Origin: Amphiscolops sp. MND2022
Lineage: Eukaryota
Assembly (NCBI GenBank): GCA_964187785.1
Contig: OZ076409.1
Location: 55,864,001 to 55,928,000 of the forward strand
DNA: 64,000 nt
Reading direction: 5' to 3'
Shown: piece by piece, positions 11,870 through 26,959 of the stretch
How positions within the stretch are numbered: the stretch's first letter is position 1
Layout of the letters: every line of letters begins with the position of its first letter
Notes under the pieces: generated by a model
Database searches by the model: none
Seen by the model: the letters and a program-made list of their open reading frames with translations, nothing else
What the model was told of the DNA's origin: nothing
Translations under genes and position numbers: made by a program

Positions 11870-13175
11870 AGGACTCCCTGTACGTTGGCCTTCATAATGA
11901 AACCCAGCCTTGGCACTGAGCATAAACGTTTGTTTGATTCTTAGTCGGCACTTTTCCCATGGCTTTTCTGCTACCATGTTTACCATATTTTCTAAATTGG
12001 GCATTTGGTATTTATCGTTATCAAGTGCTTGGTTATCTGCTCTTGCATCACACCCAATTTTTACCAACCGGTCTCTCTTCACCGTTATCACTGTTGGCTG
12101 AATGAAGACGCCAACCTTTATCTTGTTTACTTTCTCAATGTGGCCGTCTTTCAACAGTCTTTTTATTTCCGCGTTCATCGCATTTTGCAATTCAACTGGG
12201 GATTCACCTTCCCCTTTGTTGCGTTATTTTTGCATGCCATTATTTTCACTGGATGATTCTTCACTCTTCCGTTTCTTTCGAATAGTTTTGAAATCTGACT
12301 GACGAAATTCTTAGTTTCAACGCGAAATCATTTATCTTTTTCTACGGACACACGTTCCAAATGGTCTTTTCTGCCACAGTAGTTACACATTGCCTTTGGC
12401 TCTTTGTACACCTTTAGATGGGTTAATGTGAAATTGCCTGCACCGCAGCTCCAACATTCTCTGGTAATTCAATGCTTTCCACTCATCAAACATTCCGGCT
12501 TTTCTTTCACTCACATTTCTTGGTTAATGTACTGGTATGTTCTTTGCCGAGTTGCTGCATTGCTTCGTCTCAAGATTTCCTCTGGCACCGTACACAGCTC
12601 TTCCTGAATTTGCTTGTGAGTCATATCGAGCACAAAAATGTCATACAAACTACAAACGCCGTTCTGTCTGATTGCCGAAGTCACATTTTGCTGCCAATCT
12701 ACTTCGCACGTTCCAGAATTTATGTAAAGACTCCGTTGGATTTTGCCTTCGGGACAGAAATGTGTGGCGGTCGAGGGTTCTGTTTCGACGTAATACTGAC
12801 GCCTGCAATACAATGTTGGCGGATTACTTTTAATTGTATCAGCGAAGTGTTTATTTGAAGGAACTTGTCCATCACCAATTTCCGGCCTGTCTTATCGATG
12901 GAAGTGTACAGTAAATTAGTAACTTTCCTCTTTGCTGTCTCTACTTCTAAGTTACCCCTCAAGCCTGCAATACATGGATTGCTTGCATCTCCGTACTGGA
13001 TTAGTCCAAGAACCGAAATTGAGTGTCTGGCTAGGATCGCGAGTTCGAATAGCTGAATCCATTGTTCTCATTCATACGTGGGGGGTTTATCTGCCTCATG
13101 CCAAAAGTAATTTAGAACTGGAACAGGAGAGTTTGAGTTATCGTCTTCATTTTCTCGCAGCGCCATGTTGACGAG
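11870..13175 (-). mobile_element. Internally deleted, decayed Gypsy fragment (LTR end, PBS, gag with zinc knuckle, start of RT)
   Basis: ...CAACA|TGGCGCTGCGAG (PBS-like, 13165). CNYCGRKDHLERV knuckle near 12350-12390. RT start AEIKRLLKDGHIEKV...QPTVITVKRD...KYQMPNLE. Confidence 0.8.
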
Positions 13176-15096
13176 TAACGTTTGCAAATTTGAAAAAAGA
13201 AAGACTTGCAAGTTTTGATTTGTACATATCGTGATTTATGGCAGTTTGTTTTTGTTTTGTTTAGACAGATTACTTCAGTTTGACAAGTTGTTCAATCTTT
13301 ACGTCATTTAGGCTTCCGCACCATCAACTTTTTCAGGCTTATTCATTGTAGATACATCAGCTCTACCATTTTTAGGATACTTAGGGTTGATACAAAAACA
13401 TTTGAAGCCAAACGATCCTCTTTTTGATTTTTTTCCCGTTTTTGTGAGACATTATTCTTTTTCAACCTAATCGAACAGCTGTTTCATTCTCAATGCTTTA
13501 TCGTACTTTTTTCCGGCTCTGTGCGTGTTTTTCCAAAATTTTCATTTAACCAAAGTGTGCCACCCCGCTTTCATAGCTGATTTTGACTGGAGAAAAACAA
13601 GTTTTGCGAGCTGAAAGTTCCCTTTTCGGCCCTATAAGACTTTTCCGAATTAAATTAATAGTTTTCGAAATTCTGATTTTTTGTGTTTCCAGTCGGAGAA
13701 AATGTGGTTTCTGAGTCTCGTGCGTATTTATGGAATCTTTTTTTATGAAATTTATGGAATACTAAATTCCTCGTGGATTTTATTACTACGTAGATTTTAC
13801 TTTTCTTAGACCTTTGGAAGTTTTAACTAGTAAGAAAATCAAGTGTTTATTCGTATATTCTTGATATATATCAAGAAAATTCCACTGTCAGAACTCAGCC
13901 TCTTTTCAAGACACCGAACTCTGGAAACGAAATCTATTCAATAATCACAAGCCCCAGGCAATTGCAGGTTGTGGCTTTTACTTTTGTGTTCTTTTGAAAA
14001 TTTCGGCATCAAGCGGAATTCCAATCTATTGGATTTGAGTCAACAAAAACGAAAGCTTTGGTACTTTGATGGAACGAGAAATTATCTGAGTTCAAATATA
14101 GTGGGAAAATCTATGGAGTATTAATCATCCAGTTTTATATCTAATTGTTTAGATTGGAGGGTTGCTGTTCAAATTAGTGTTCATGTAAAATACCACAGAA
14201 ACGTCATGCTTTCGAAAAATCTTTTCAAATTTTTTCATGAAGTTTCTTTAGTAATAAAAGAACGTGGTCAAAACCTTTTATAAATCTTTCTTGACGCTAA
14301 GATAGCCCAATTTCTAGCATACTGGAAATGGGTTCAGCTTGCTGCATTTGTGTACAGTTCAAAATTATTAAGCTTACAAAAATGGACAAAAATCACGCTC
14401 TCCTTTTTTCTCAGAAAAAAAATAAAACTTTTAAGCAAACAAATCATTTACCAAACTTTATGGAACAACTAAAGGATGCTAGGAACACGACTGCACCTCA
14501 AGTGAAACCTTTACGAACATACATATGTTGACAAAAATCAGTTGAAAATTCTTTGATGGTTTTTGAAATAATGATAAAGTAACTTGGCAACCTACTAAAA
14601 AGTGGAAAACGTTCGAGCAGTCTCAACAAATGAAAACTCAAACGTTTCACACTCTCTAATGTTTTATTTGAGTTTCAAGTCCTTTTTCTCAAAACTGTTT
14701 GTTTCAAAAATGTTTTTGCTGAAACGCTCAGACTCTTTTGAAAGCTTTTCTGAATGAATCAAACGCGTATCTGTTAAATGGTACACAAAACAAGGATTCA
14801 AGGTTAAAAATCGCAAAAATATACAAATACACGACAGGAAGCTTTGTAATTCTCATAATCAAACGAAAACCATTCTGCCTGTAAGCGGCCACTAATTTGG
14901 CTTGAAATGGTCTGTATATTTGTTATTGTCTGAGTTGTTATAGACAATATTTTTTTGAATTTTTAAAATACTCTCGACAATTGCTGACATGCTGACTGGA
15001 TGTGCATTCCGTTTTTTCGAAAGATGACGAGATGTGGTATTTTAGTAACCAGCTGATTACATTTTTACCTTTCCTTCTTTACCAATTTTGACACCT

Positions 15097-15957
15097 CCCA
15101 GTGTTCGAAGCCATGGAACCCTTGCCGTGTTCATGGTAAATCTTGCTAAATCATGGTTAACCATGGTACCCTTGTCAAGATCATGGCAAATCATGATACA
15201 TGGGACGCTTGTCAAGATCATGGCAAGATCATGGCAAGATCTTAACAAGATAACCATGGTAAGACATGTAAGCTGGTATTAATTGCGCATAATTTATTCT
15301 TTTCGCAATAATTCCTTGTCGTCTGCAATTTCTGAATTAGCCATTGTAATAACTTCGGACATGAAATTAATTCATCGAAAATAGTTTTTTAATTGAAAAT
15401 TATCCAAAATTTGCTCAATAATTTGCTGCACTTATTGACCGAGTTTTGTTAGTTGAGAGCATGGCATTGTTACTACAATCATAAATTATCATACAAAGCA
15501 AACTCCGAATCAAGTTGTTGCAACTATAGGTGTGAAAACCAACTTTTCTAGCTATGATTTGTTTACACTTATGCAAATCATGCTATTACCGTATCTATTG
15601 AGGTAACGGGCTCTAATTACTGAAGTTCGAGAATGCAAAAAATGTCGGAGCAAAAACATTTTTCCTTTAATTTCTTGAGTGTCAGTTTTCTTCTGTTTAA
15701 CCCTATACATGTCCGTTTTTGGTCCGAATAAATTTTTAGATACTAGTTACAATTGGCAAATAAGAGCTCAGAATTTTCCAAAAGTTTCGCTAATGGTACC
15801 ATGGAACCCTTACCAAGATCATGGTTAATCATGGCTAGCCTTTGCACGATCTTGCATTGCCATGGTATCCTTGCCAAGATCATGGCAAGATCTTGGCAAG
15901 GCTAGCAAGGAACTTGCCATGGATCTTGGCAAGGGTACCATGGCTTCGAACACTGGG
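15097..15957. mobile_element. Non-autonomous TIR DNA transposon (CMC/EnSpm-like)
   Basis: About 30-bp TIRs CCCAGTGTTCGAAGCCATGG(A/T)ACCCTTGCC. Subterminal 11-mer CAAGATCATGG repeats at both ends. Flanked by a CT/CT 2-bp duplication. Superfamily assignment is inferred. Confidence 0.8.
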
Positions 15958-16143
15958 CTGTGAGAATACTTTCAAACATTTTTCAGGTTGCCTGAGCCAT
16001 CTCAGTTCTGAGGGGCGCAGAGGAATATATTCAGTTTCATATATCATATTTCCGTTTTTTGTTGCTTTTACTCCATTAGCTGCTCAAGTTTAGATCCGGG
16101 TGACACAATGTGTGGCGTGTCTTGTGTTTCTGATCTTGGTTAC

Positions 16144-17007
16144 TGTCGTAGCCATCATCAATCTCATAAGAGTCAACTGAACTCTCTCTAGGGTGATTAT
16201 TATGATTATTCTTTGCTGAATTCAGTTTGGGAAGATCTACACATGTTTTGCTGTTGAATCCGTTATATTCGCTTTGATGTGGTCCGTTTGACAGAAGGTC
16301 CAATTTTGCAATAGAATTTGCGCTATGCACGTTTAGTGCATTTTGAAAGGTTGGTAATACCTTTTCCTCGCTCACTGAGTTAATCGCTTCAAGTACATGT
16401 GCATTCAGGTCTATTCTGACCTCTCAACTTTTCTAGACATTTGGGAAGAAATTTTTGAAATAATTGCTCGTCTAGTTTCTGCAGTAGTTTCACTATTTTC
16501 TTTTGTATTCGTGATTCGTATTAGTAGTTTCAAAAGTGATCTGAAATTCTCTCCTACTTGGATAGTCTCCCTGTGCAGTCTGTCTGACTCTAAATCAGCC
16601 TCTTACTCTCCGTCTTGTTCTTGTCTTTCAAAATCATTTTCAGAGAAATTCCCTATCATGACATCCAGATTCTCGATATCTGACATTACGTCAGATTGTC
16701 TAGATCGTTTCTCTCTGCACTTCTGCTTTCTGGTTGAAGGAATGGCAAAGAATGAGTCTAGTCGTAAGACTGAATTTCTAACTGAGATTATTAGATATCA
16801 AAACAAACAAAGAAAATCAAATTATCAAGAAATCAAACGAAGCCAGTGGATATTACTGAAACAAGAGTAATACTGTAGGTCAGAGTATGAGATGTTAGTA
16901 TCGCAGCTAAGTTATGATCCCTGAAACGGCGAATTGGACCGTATCGTATTATTCAAAGGAAAAACCTTAAAATGTCGGGGTTGAAAAGTTAGTGTTGTGT
17001 TTCGACA
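16144..17007 (-). mobile_element. Probable solo LTR or LTR fragment related to element A, with a decayed gag-like N-terminal ORF
   Basis: Minus strand from 16743 reads (I)PSTRKQKCREKRSRQSDVMSDIENLDVMIGN, homologous to the 8627 ORF, and ends DDGYD at ...TACGACA. Termini are TGTCGAA/TACGACA. No clean TSD. Confidence 0.6.
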
Positions 17008-19476
17008 GGTTTAATTTGCGGGTTCAGCAGCCGGAATTTTTGCCTTCCCCCACACACACACTTTTCAAGATGATGTTTTTGCAATGAAGAAAACAAACTG
17101 AACATAAAGGATTTTATTTGACTATATCATTCAATATTTCTTCAAATAAATGTTTTCCTTTGTTTTGTTGTCTCCACATGAAAAGTGTAGTGGGAAAGGC
17201 AAAAGAGCACAGCAGCCTCCTGGTCTATGCTTCCCGTGACTGCACACCGGGGTTATAGCTATGGGGTAGTGACAATAACAAGGTCAGGAATTGATTGTAG
17301 TAAAGTTCGGATTGTAACGTCAAGCAAGCAGCGTACATGCTAGAGCTGAGAGGGTGCCTAGGTTGCTTAGACGGGAGACCATAGTCTTACTACAAGCTTA
17401 GAAACTAGTTTTTCTCCCAAAAAGTGTTTCCTGATTGGATGTGTAATACGTCGAGGTTATTCATTTTAGAGCTCCGTGGCGACGTGCCGGCACACTCAAA
17501 GTCCGGACACGTCCCACAAGCCTGTAAAAACGAAATCGAAGGTTCCTGCAACTTCCTGCATGCTTCCGAGGTCCAAAAATGGCAGTTAGCTGAAATACAT
17601 TAAGTTAGGGTAATAAGATCCAAATAGGGATCTACTAGATCATTCATCTCTAAATACCTGAAAATTAGTACAAATATCATAAAAAAACTTCTGCAAAAGC
17701 ACCTGGAACAGTCTCAGCGAATTTTGAGTCTCGTGTACAGTTCGTACAAGAGTCGTGCATTCCATTGAGCTCTCGGGGAAATCCGCATTTTCCTTCTGAA
17801 CTGTCTCTGAACGTTCTCTAGTTAGGTGGCACAACACAGTGTCTTCTGAGGACTGTCTCTCTCTCACCAGGGTATCTTCTCTTTTTTTTAGGGTGTTGGA
17901 GTGGTGCATGTGTGTTCTGCTTCCTTCACCGTCTTCTCGACTGATTTTTAGGTACCTGCTAGGTTGAGCACGTTTTCGTCGACTTTTTCAAATGTTCGAA
18001 CATGTCCACCAGGTTGGTGGACGTTACAGACCTTTGTTGCCAGAGTTCATTTTAGCATCTGAAAATGGTCAAAAACTCACCTGCATTACACCAAGACGCC
18101 CGCGGACCAGCGGGATATTTTCCGCCCCAAATCATTTGAGCAACAAAATTGTTTTAAGTCCAAAAATCTTTACGAATACATATCGCATGGAACTAAATTT
18201 ATGTCAGTTGAATTCTGTGAATGTACTTCTTCATATTACGTAAACAATAATTCTTGGCAAATTTTGTAAAAAAAATCCGTTTGATTTAAATATTTCATTT
18301 CCCATATGAAATATGGGCGGAAAATAATAATACGGACACCTTCAGCTTATGGCACGTTGTTTTCCATATTTTGGAGGACGGTTGAAAGAATGAAAATTGT
18401 TTCAATATTTTACGTCAGTTGAAAATTAAGAAGTTACTTCAGTTGCTCTAAAACCACACAATTCCTTTCCTTTTGGAGCTACGTGCATTTCAACATTTAC
18501 TGCTTTACTCAATTGATTCATTGCTTGCCGGTACCTCACGACTTTTTAAATGTCTTGGGTTCAAATTGTCAGCTAAGTGATTGTAAAAACAAAATAACTT
18601 CATGCTGTGGAAACTCTCGAGCTTGTTCGAATAACAGCTTCAGCTAACTAGAGAAGCTTGGCTCATTCCTGTTCAGTTTCTAGTTTTTATTGACGTTGTG
18701 TTTCGATTCAGTCATATTTCAATTAGTTCAATCGAACATAAAAGCATCAGCTTAAGGAAAACCAATGAAAATTTAACCTCGATATATTATAAATACCATT
18801 TGCCATAATCACAACCCTCTCCCTGAGCCTGAAAAATTGTATTTGGATCATGGAAGCTCTGTTAAGGCTAGCATTCAGTTCTAAAACGTCGTAAAGAACA
18901 TGCTAATGCGAGATTACAAGATAAAAACAATCATAGGTATTTTAAAAAATTCTAATCAAATGCAATAATTACTCACCCTATATTTGTTGCGAAGTCATAA
19001 GCATTTAGTTGTCGTTTGACTTAGTTGGTTTGGTTAAAAGTATACTTTTTAGGCTAATCGAAGGATGGGTTATCTCATGAAAATTCATTTTGGCTTTCAG
19101 CTTTTCGAACAACTCTCACAAAAAAGCCAGGATTGTTTTTTAATTATTATTGAAATATTTTTAACGAGCTTTCTGTAACAAAACAGAAAAATTTTGTCAA
19201 CGAGTTGGTGTTTAAACTGTATTGTTTTTGGGTTGACAAGTTAGTTTGAATGTTTGCAAGAGAAACCCATAGTTACATTTTGAAGTTTTGGATGTTCAGT
19301 ATCGCGGTTGTCTTTGTGGAAGTCACTAAAGCATTAGTCATCGAAATGACGAGTAGAATCAAATTTGATGCTTAACTTAGGTTTCAATGGCATAATGCCA
19401 TTCAGATCAAACCGATTCTCCCACAAATATTTATGACGTTCAGGTTTTCAAGGACTCACGCAAAACCATTGACCAA

Positions 19477-19659
19477 AAATCACCAAGACTGCATACATGT
19501 GATTTTCGTTTGAAAGTCCTCAAAAATATGAATATTCTTGAACCTTACGGACAAAACTGTCAAACGAGTCAAATCACCAAGACTGCTTACATGTGATTTT
19601 CGTTTGAAAGTCCTCAAAAATATGAATATTCTTGAACCTTACGGACAAAACTGTCAAAC
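19477..19659. repeat. Tandem duplication with a 94-bp period (2 copies)
   Basis: AAATCACCAAGACTGC...GGACAAAACTGTCAAAC at 19477 and 19571. Confidence 0.9.
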
Positions 19660-19999
19660 TGTCATCTAGAAAAATTTGGTGGGAAATCCAAAAATTTTAG
19701 GTTAGCATGTAATGATGCGATATCTTTTCAATATCAAAAGAACAAGTTGTTCTAACATATCATAACTGCATGTACAAACTGCAAAGTGAATAGCAAATTT
19801 TAGCATAATATTTGAAACTTTTAGCAACAACAAGCCGAGACTAGTTAGAGTCTCCACAGAGTTAGCGATGACCAAGGCAAGAAACGGACAAGAGACCCCA
19901 ACTCGAATAGTTCAAGTCAGATGTCGCCATTTGATATGGTCAAAAAAGATTTCCCGCAATGTACAACCAGACCGGGCGATGAATTAACACAGTTGCAAC

Positions 20000-22900
20000 T
20001 GTTATACGGTTCAACTTTCAAATACCGGACTAGACATATGACCTCTATCGAGTTTCGGTCGTAGACAATTACCTGCCATATTTACAAACAAGAGACATTT
20101 GATATAAAACTTTATTATATCATTTTATGCTTTCCTACGATGCTATATGTTCGATATAGAAAGAAGCTATTTTTGAAAACTGTTTTATCATACAAGTGTA
20201 GAATACAACATGGCGCAATCAGCTAGTTCTTAACCAAATTAGCATTTCTCAAACCGAAACCATGACAGAGAAAAACATCGTACCGAACTTAGAAGCAAAA
20301 GCATCAGACGGAAACCCAATATTCACACCGAGGCAGTGGCTAGAAAGATTCCGGCAGAAACGGAAACACAAAATCGACATTACACCATTATTGAAAGGAG
20401 AAGATGTTACGGATACCGAATGGCCGGGAAAGAAACAGCAATTCAAGAAGATTTTATTTGGGGAGTGGGACCAGAAGCCCTCTATCAAATAACCAGAGCC
20501 GAATTTGAAACGGAACCGGACAGCACAGAAATAAAAGACCTAATCCGGCTATATACCGAGCACTACCTACCGAAGCGTAACACGTACTACAACCGAGGCG
20601 ATTTCTTTTGGGCCAAACAATCACAAAATGAGACACCGGAAGAGTTCTGGACAAGATTAATCGAAATCGAGAAAGAATGCAACTTTGACATATAAGCCGA
20701 AGAGTTATTGATTTCAATATATATGACGGCGATCACCGATAAAACATCACCGTGACGGGACCAGATGATGAAGGAGGAAAACCTCGAAATGAAAAAAAAA
20801 CAAATGAACTGATAAAACAAAAGAAATATGAGAAGAAGAACAAAAAGAACACAATACCCGAAGCTTTGATTACAACAAAAGAAAAACAACTGATCAGAGA
20901 AGAACCGATACAAAGAATGGAAAAATTCGGTGCTAGACCAAAAACCAAATTTACGGGAACCCAACCTTGCAGATTTTGCAACACCACGGATTGGAACCCA
21001 TTACACTAAAGTCCGGCATCGCAGTCGAATGGTAACAACTGCGGAAAAGGGACACTATGCAAGGGCATGCCGGCAAAGACGAAACAACAACCGAACAGTG
21101 AAAAAACTTACAGAAGAAACAGAGAACGAACCAAATGAATCCCTCAGCAAATCGGATGAAAGTATACACCATTTAGAAGAAATAAAGAACATCGAAGAAA
21201 AAAAAGAAACATTACACAGCGAAAAAAAACGGGGTAAAAAAAGAATTCATAATTGATACCGGGTCACCGGTAGCATTAATGCCTTTTGATTGAACAGATA
21301 GTGAAACAAACCGAAATACAGAAAATAACGACCCGATACCAGGAAAATAATAAAAACGAAGTGAAATTGCGGAGGAAGATACGGGTGAACATAGAATACG
21401 AAAATAACAAACAGAAGATGGACATCCTGATTACCGAAAGAACGTATATAACACCACTCTTGGGAATGTACTGGATGAAAATATTCATATTAACAATCGG
21501 AAGATTTCAAATGGCCGAGAATAACCAATCAAAAATAGAAAGAATATTGATCGAATTTGCGAATTTATTTGGAAACAACCAAACAATAAAAGACACCGAA
21601 ATAAATATACAGCTGAAACCGGGACACTACCCGGTAAAACAAAAAGCCAGACCCGTCCCGCTACACCTACAAGAAGAAGTAGGGAAAGAATTGGAGAAAC
21701 TGATAAAAGCTTGCCACCTCGAAAAGGTAAATAACGTGGATGAGGACTGCTTCGAGTCACCGGTGCTAATAGCGGTGAAAAACGATAAATCGGTGAAAAA
21801 AGCCCCTGATTCCCGAAAATTAAACGATAGCTGTATTAGGCGGAGACAACATATGCCGAACATGGAGTAATTATCGAATCAGATATCGATACAAATTACC
21901 CGAGTCCGAACAGCCTATTTATTCCTTTCCAAAATCGATTCAGACTACTCCCGCCAACTACGGGCAATTGAAATTATCGAAAGAAACAAGCCGACAAAAA
22001 CATGAGAAAAAATTGTTCGATGTGTTAAACAAGTTAGAAAATACTGGCTACCGAGGAAGTGAAAGAAAATCGGAATTCTTCATGAAACAAAGAAAGTGGC
22101 TGGGACACGAACTTGATGAGAACGCAATGAAACCGAATGAAGAAAAAGTGGAAGCAATATTGAAATTGAAGCCGCCGAACTACACAAAACAAAGAAATTG
22201 AATTCATTCCTCGGTGCGATACATTAACCGGCAAAATTTCTACCGAACCTTTCGGAAACGAACAACAGACTCAGAAAATTGTTGAAAAAAATAAACCATG
22301 GAAATGGTAAAAGGATAAAGAAGAAGATTTCACGCAAATAAAACGGATGCTAACCAAAAAACAATACAAGGAACATTACGCGAAAGACAAAGAAAACTTG
22401 CGCAAGTAAAACCGGATTCGGAATTATCTTTTGGCAAAAACAAGACAGTGGAGACATTAAGCCAATTGCATTTGGTAGCAGATATCTGAATGGTACCAAA
22501 AAAAGTTATTTTATCGGTGAATTGGAACCGCTAGCAGTAGTTTGAAGATTAGAAAAAATCCGATTTTACCTTTACGGAAAGAAAGTACACTTTAACACAG
22601 ACCACCTAGCATTATAATCAGTAATAAAACGCAACCGAAGCGATCAACAAAATTGCGCAAGGCTAACCTGGTGGCTGGAAAGATTGGTACATTTTGACAT
22701 CGTAGTTCAACCTTTCGCCTACAGTAAAACAAAATATACCAATTTCTTCAGCAGAAATCCGGTAGGGGGAGCCGCGATAGAAGACAAACACGACGAAGAA
22801 TATGTAATTAACATCCTTACTGAACACGCCTCATTGAACGCAAAACATGGCTCGCTCTTCGACAATCAATCAATCAAATTCAAGAACAGAAGAGACCCAA

Positions 22901-24992
22901 AAGGAACGAAAGCAAAACTGAAATGAAAGTGAGCAAAAGCAGAACCAATCACAAACAAATAGAACATTCCAGAACAAGAACCAAGTGATCGAACTTATCG
23001 CAAAAGAGAATACTACATCCGGGCAGTCCGATATTAGCACCGCGAAAAGCATATCAAATTCAAAAATCGTTTTTACTGAAAACAAAATGAACCGATAAAA
23101 TTTATATCACTGGGGAGCCTCCCGAGAGATAATGGAAATTATTCGAAGAAGAAAAAAGCCCGGTGACCAGGAGACTGGTGGAAAGGAGAGAAACGCTTTC
23201 TAGACCGAGAACCATGCGGAGAAGATATGATCCACAGTCACAAAAGGACTGTATTTGCACCGCCAAGGCCAAACAAGAGAAGCCGGGAAGAGATTGCAGA
23301 AATCGACGCAGAACTTACACATAGAGCGAACCGGATAGGTGGAGCTATCAACCGATAGAAATCATCGAAAAAGAAGGAGAACCGGAATCTCCGGAAAAGG
23401 AAGTGCAAGCTGACAGTGTAATTATGCGAGGTGATAAACTACCGATCGTCGACTTGAGCAAATACCACACTGATAGAAAAGAATCTCACTATATACAAAT
23501 CAATCACATAGTGGACAAATTAATGGAGAACAAGATGTTGACCGGAGACTATCATACAGAAAGCCGAATTGAATTTTTTATGTTGGACTTAAAGATTCTC
23601 ATTTCAAAAACGGTAATTGATCCGGAGATGACAAGAGTCCGAGCAAGGATGCGGAGAGAAGAAACAGACACGGCACCGGAAGGATACAGACCGGTTTTCG
23701 ACAAGCTATCAATCCGGTGGGGTCTAGTCTTTGAGGGCGACCAGTTGCTGTACCAATAGACTTGAGAAGAAGACTGATCAAAATACTACATGCCAGTCAC
23801 TTTGGCACAACAACAGGGCTATCCGACGCCTAAATATTCTGGTGGCCGGGGATGCGGAAAAAAATAGAGCAGAAAGTTAAAGACTGCACTGCATGCTTCG
23901 CCACAGGTAAGAACCCTAAATACCAAATTGCAAATATCAACGCGATAAGGTAGATAAACTAACCGAACCGGGACAAGAAGTACAAATAGATTTTACCGGA
24001 AAATTACACATGAAACATTTAAACGGAGATTCTCGAATACCAATAGCAATAGATCGGCTTAACAAATGGCCAACAGCGCAAATTTTCAAAACAGCCGAAG
24101 AAAAAGAAGTTATAAATTTCCTGACAAATCATTTTAATTTACACGGATTCCCAGACAGAGTAAAATCCGACAAAGGAGAGCATTCATATTGTTCGAGTAC
24201 GAAAAATTTTGTAGGTCTCGGAATATAGACGATCAACACTGCCCAATACGAATGCATATCGGAAACGGTACAGTAGAAAGAGCAAGAGCAATCCAAACTT
24301 TGAAAAAATTACTATTGGCAAACATGGAGGACGGAAGTAATTTAACCGAAAGTGTAAACCGAGCATTAAAAGTAATGCGATTCACAAAACATACGGGACT
24401 GAAAAAAAAGCCATTTGAACTACATCACGGTAGAAAACCGAGAACGGAGTTAACAAATATAATGAAAAACGGAAAGTTTTTCCTATCAGATTGGGTCAGA
24501 ACTGTCAATTTTAGCACCTAACAAGCCAAAAAAAAACCACTATATGTTGGAAGGGACGCTGAAGAAGAAATCATCAATCATGTGGTTATGGCCCGCACGA
24601 AGACCGAAGAACTACAACTGGCTTCGGGGACCAAATCACCGAAGAAGAAAATTCCGGTTAGAGATCCTTTCAATTTTGTTGAAATGAAACGCAACCGAAA
24701 ATCCCTAGAAGGGAGATTTCAGTCAAAACTGCAAACTGCAATAAGCGGGACAGAAAATACCGAAAAACAGATACGGGAAAAACTTTCGGGACCTTTGTTT
24801 CAGAGTGATAAAAGACACCGAAGAGAGACGGTACCAGCAGTATCAGAGGTGATAACCCAAAGAACCGTCATTGCCTGAGAGGACTACACGGCAGATACGG
24901 GGAGTGGGACTATATTACAATATACTGCGCGATATTCTGAAGGGAGAGCTCCGAATCGTCTAGAACAAAAAGCGCACCGAAACAGATTCGGA
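20000..24992 (+). mobile_element. Heavily decayed Gypsy element (5' LTR about 20000-20210, PBS, gag, protease, partially deleted RT, RNase H, integrase); 3' end truncated
   Basis: TGTTATAC...ATACAACA|TGGCGCAATC (PBS-like, 20211). Protease FIIDTGSPV near 21245. RT KQKARPVPLHLQEEV...DSRKLND. RNase H KPIAFGSRYLN. Integrase HASHFG...CTAC, QIDFTG, SDKG. Many stops and frameshifts. Confidence 0.9.
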
Positions 24993-25448
24993 AGAAGTTG
25001 CCGCGGGATGTGTAGAAGTTGCCGCGGGATGTGTAGAAGTTGCCGCGGGAACATCAGCTGCGGGGGAGAGTTGTAGGCCGAGATCTGAGATGGTATTCAG
25101 GTCAAAAGTTGACATTTCAGTTAGTTGTCGGTCGATCATTTTCGAGGTCTCATTCCCCAAAATACCAATTACTGTTGGTTGTAATGTCTCTTCTTCGCTC
25201 ATGGTAATGTATTGGAACAATTATAACCAGAAAACAAGTTTTTGTTCAAATTTTTAGACCGACTGATCAGTAGGAAGCTGTAAGAGAAAATGACACCTGT
25301 CAATAGAATAGTTTAATAAGTGTACACAGCGTCTCTGAAATAGAAAAAGACTCGAAGTTTTCACACCTGCTAATATTATTTGACTCAAAGTAATTATACA
25401 CGTTCGCACGTGCTAGCACTTCCTTTGAAGGGAAAATTAGAAGTAGAC
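24993..25448. repeat. About 440-bp dispersed repeat, copy 1, with an internal 21-bp unit x3; second copy at 27979-28393
   Basis: Near-identical to 27979-28393 (paralogous ORFs 24960..25220 and 27915..28169). AGAAGTTGCCGCGGGATGTGT is triplicated at the junction with the Gypsy. Confidence 0.9.
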
Positions 25449-25755
25449 GCTGAAGAAAAGTTGCGATTTTAGTCGAAAGTGTTGTTGTACAATGAGTCTC
25501 CGATTAGTCCAAAAATATACAAGTAGTCTAGGATTTTCAAAATGTCATTTTTTGAGCTTTGATGGGAACCGCCTGTTTTTTGCTTGTGGAATACTGTTGA
25601 AATTTTTAATTTATTGGCGGGATCAAAAGTAGGGAGTTCGAAAAAAAACATAAGAAATTTTCCGTGAGATTTCTGCTACATGGGGTTTTGGGTGGTTTGG
25701 AGACTCAGTGTACACTCCGGGAAAACTTTAGGACTACGATGGATCTCCGATGATC

Positions 25756-26308
<553 letters not shown>

Positions 26309-26959
26309 CCATTATAGACGCTGTGTATCGGCCCTCGATAATTAGAGATTGTTTTCAGGGGGTCCCCATTTTCAGGTGCTTTTCCCTGGTTTCGTTACAA
26401 AAAATACCAAAAGATTGTCGTTTTTTATGTTCGGTTATTCTAGTCAACTTAATTTTTGACCCACAGACGGAATCTGACGTTGCTACGACGAGTTTTAGGA
26501 GAAATTCGAGAGCCGTTTAAAAAACGGAGTAATCAGCTTGAAAATGTAAAAAATGGAGACTCGGCGTACAAAATTTGTGAAAATGTAGTACTCTGTGTAC
26601 AGCAAGATGAAAATCGGAGACTTCGAGTACGGTGCAAAAATTTGTTGTATTAACAGTCCAACCATGGATTTAAAGTTCGCCTAGGGAACGTATTCGCCAC
26701 GTACAACGTCAGTTTCGAGATACTTTTCGTTTATGGTTTTGAGTTTAAAAAATCGAGACGCTGTGTACCAGCTAGGAAAATTAGAGATCCTGGGTTTACA
26801 ACAAAAAAAAGAGAAACATGGGAATGTTTCTTCAGTTATATCAACAAATACCAAGACTTGAACATTGGAATGGATGCAAAACTATTCCGTAACAATAAAT
26901 GAAAGTTTGAAGAAAGTTTTGATTGGACGGAACTAATAGTTTAAAGGTCCAAATGCTAG

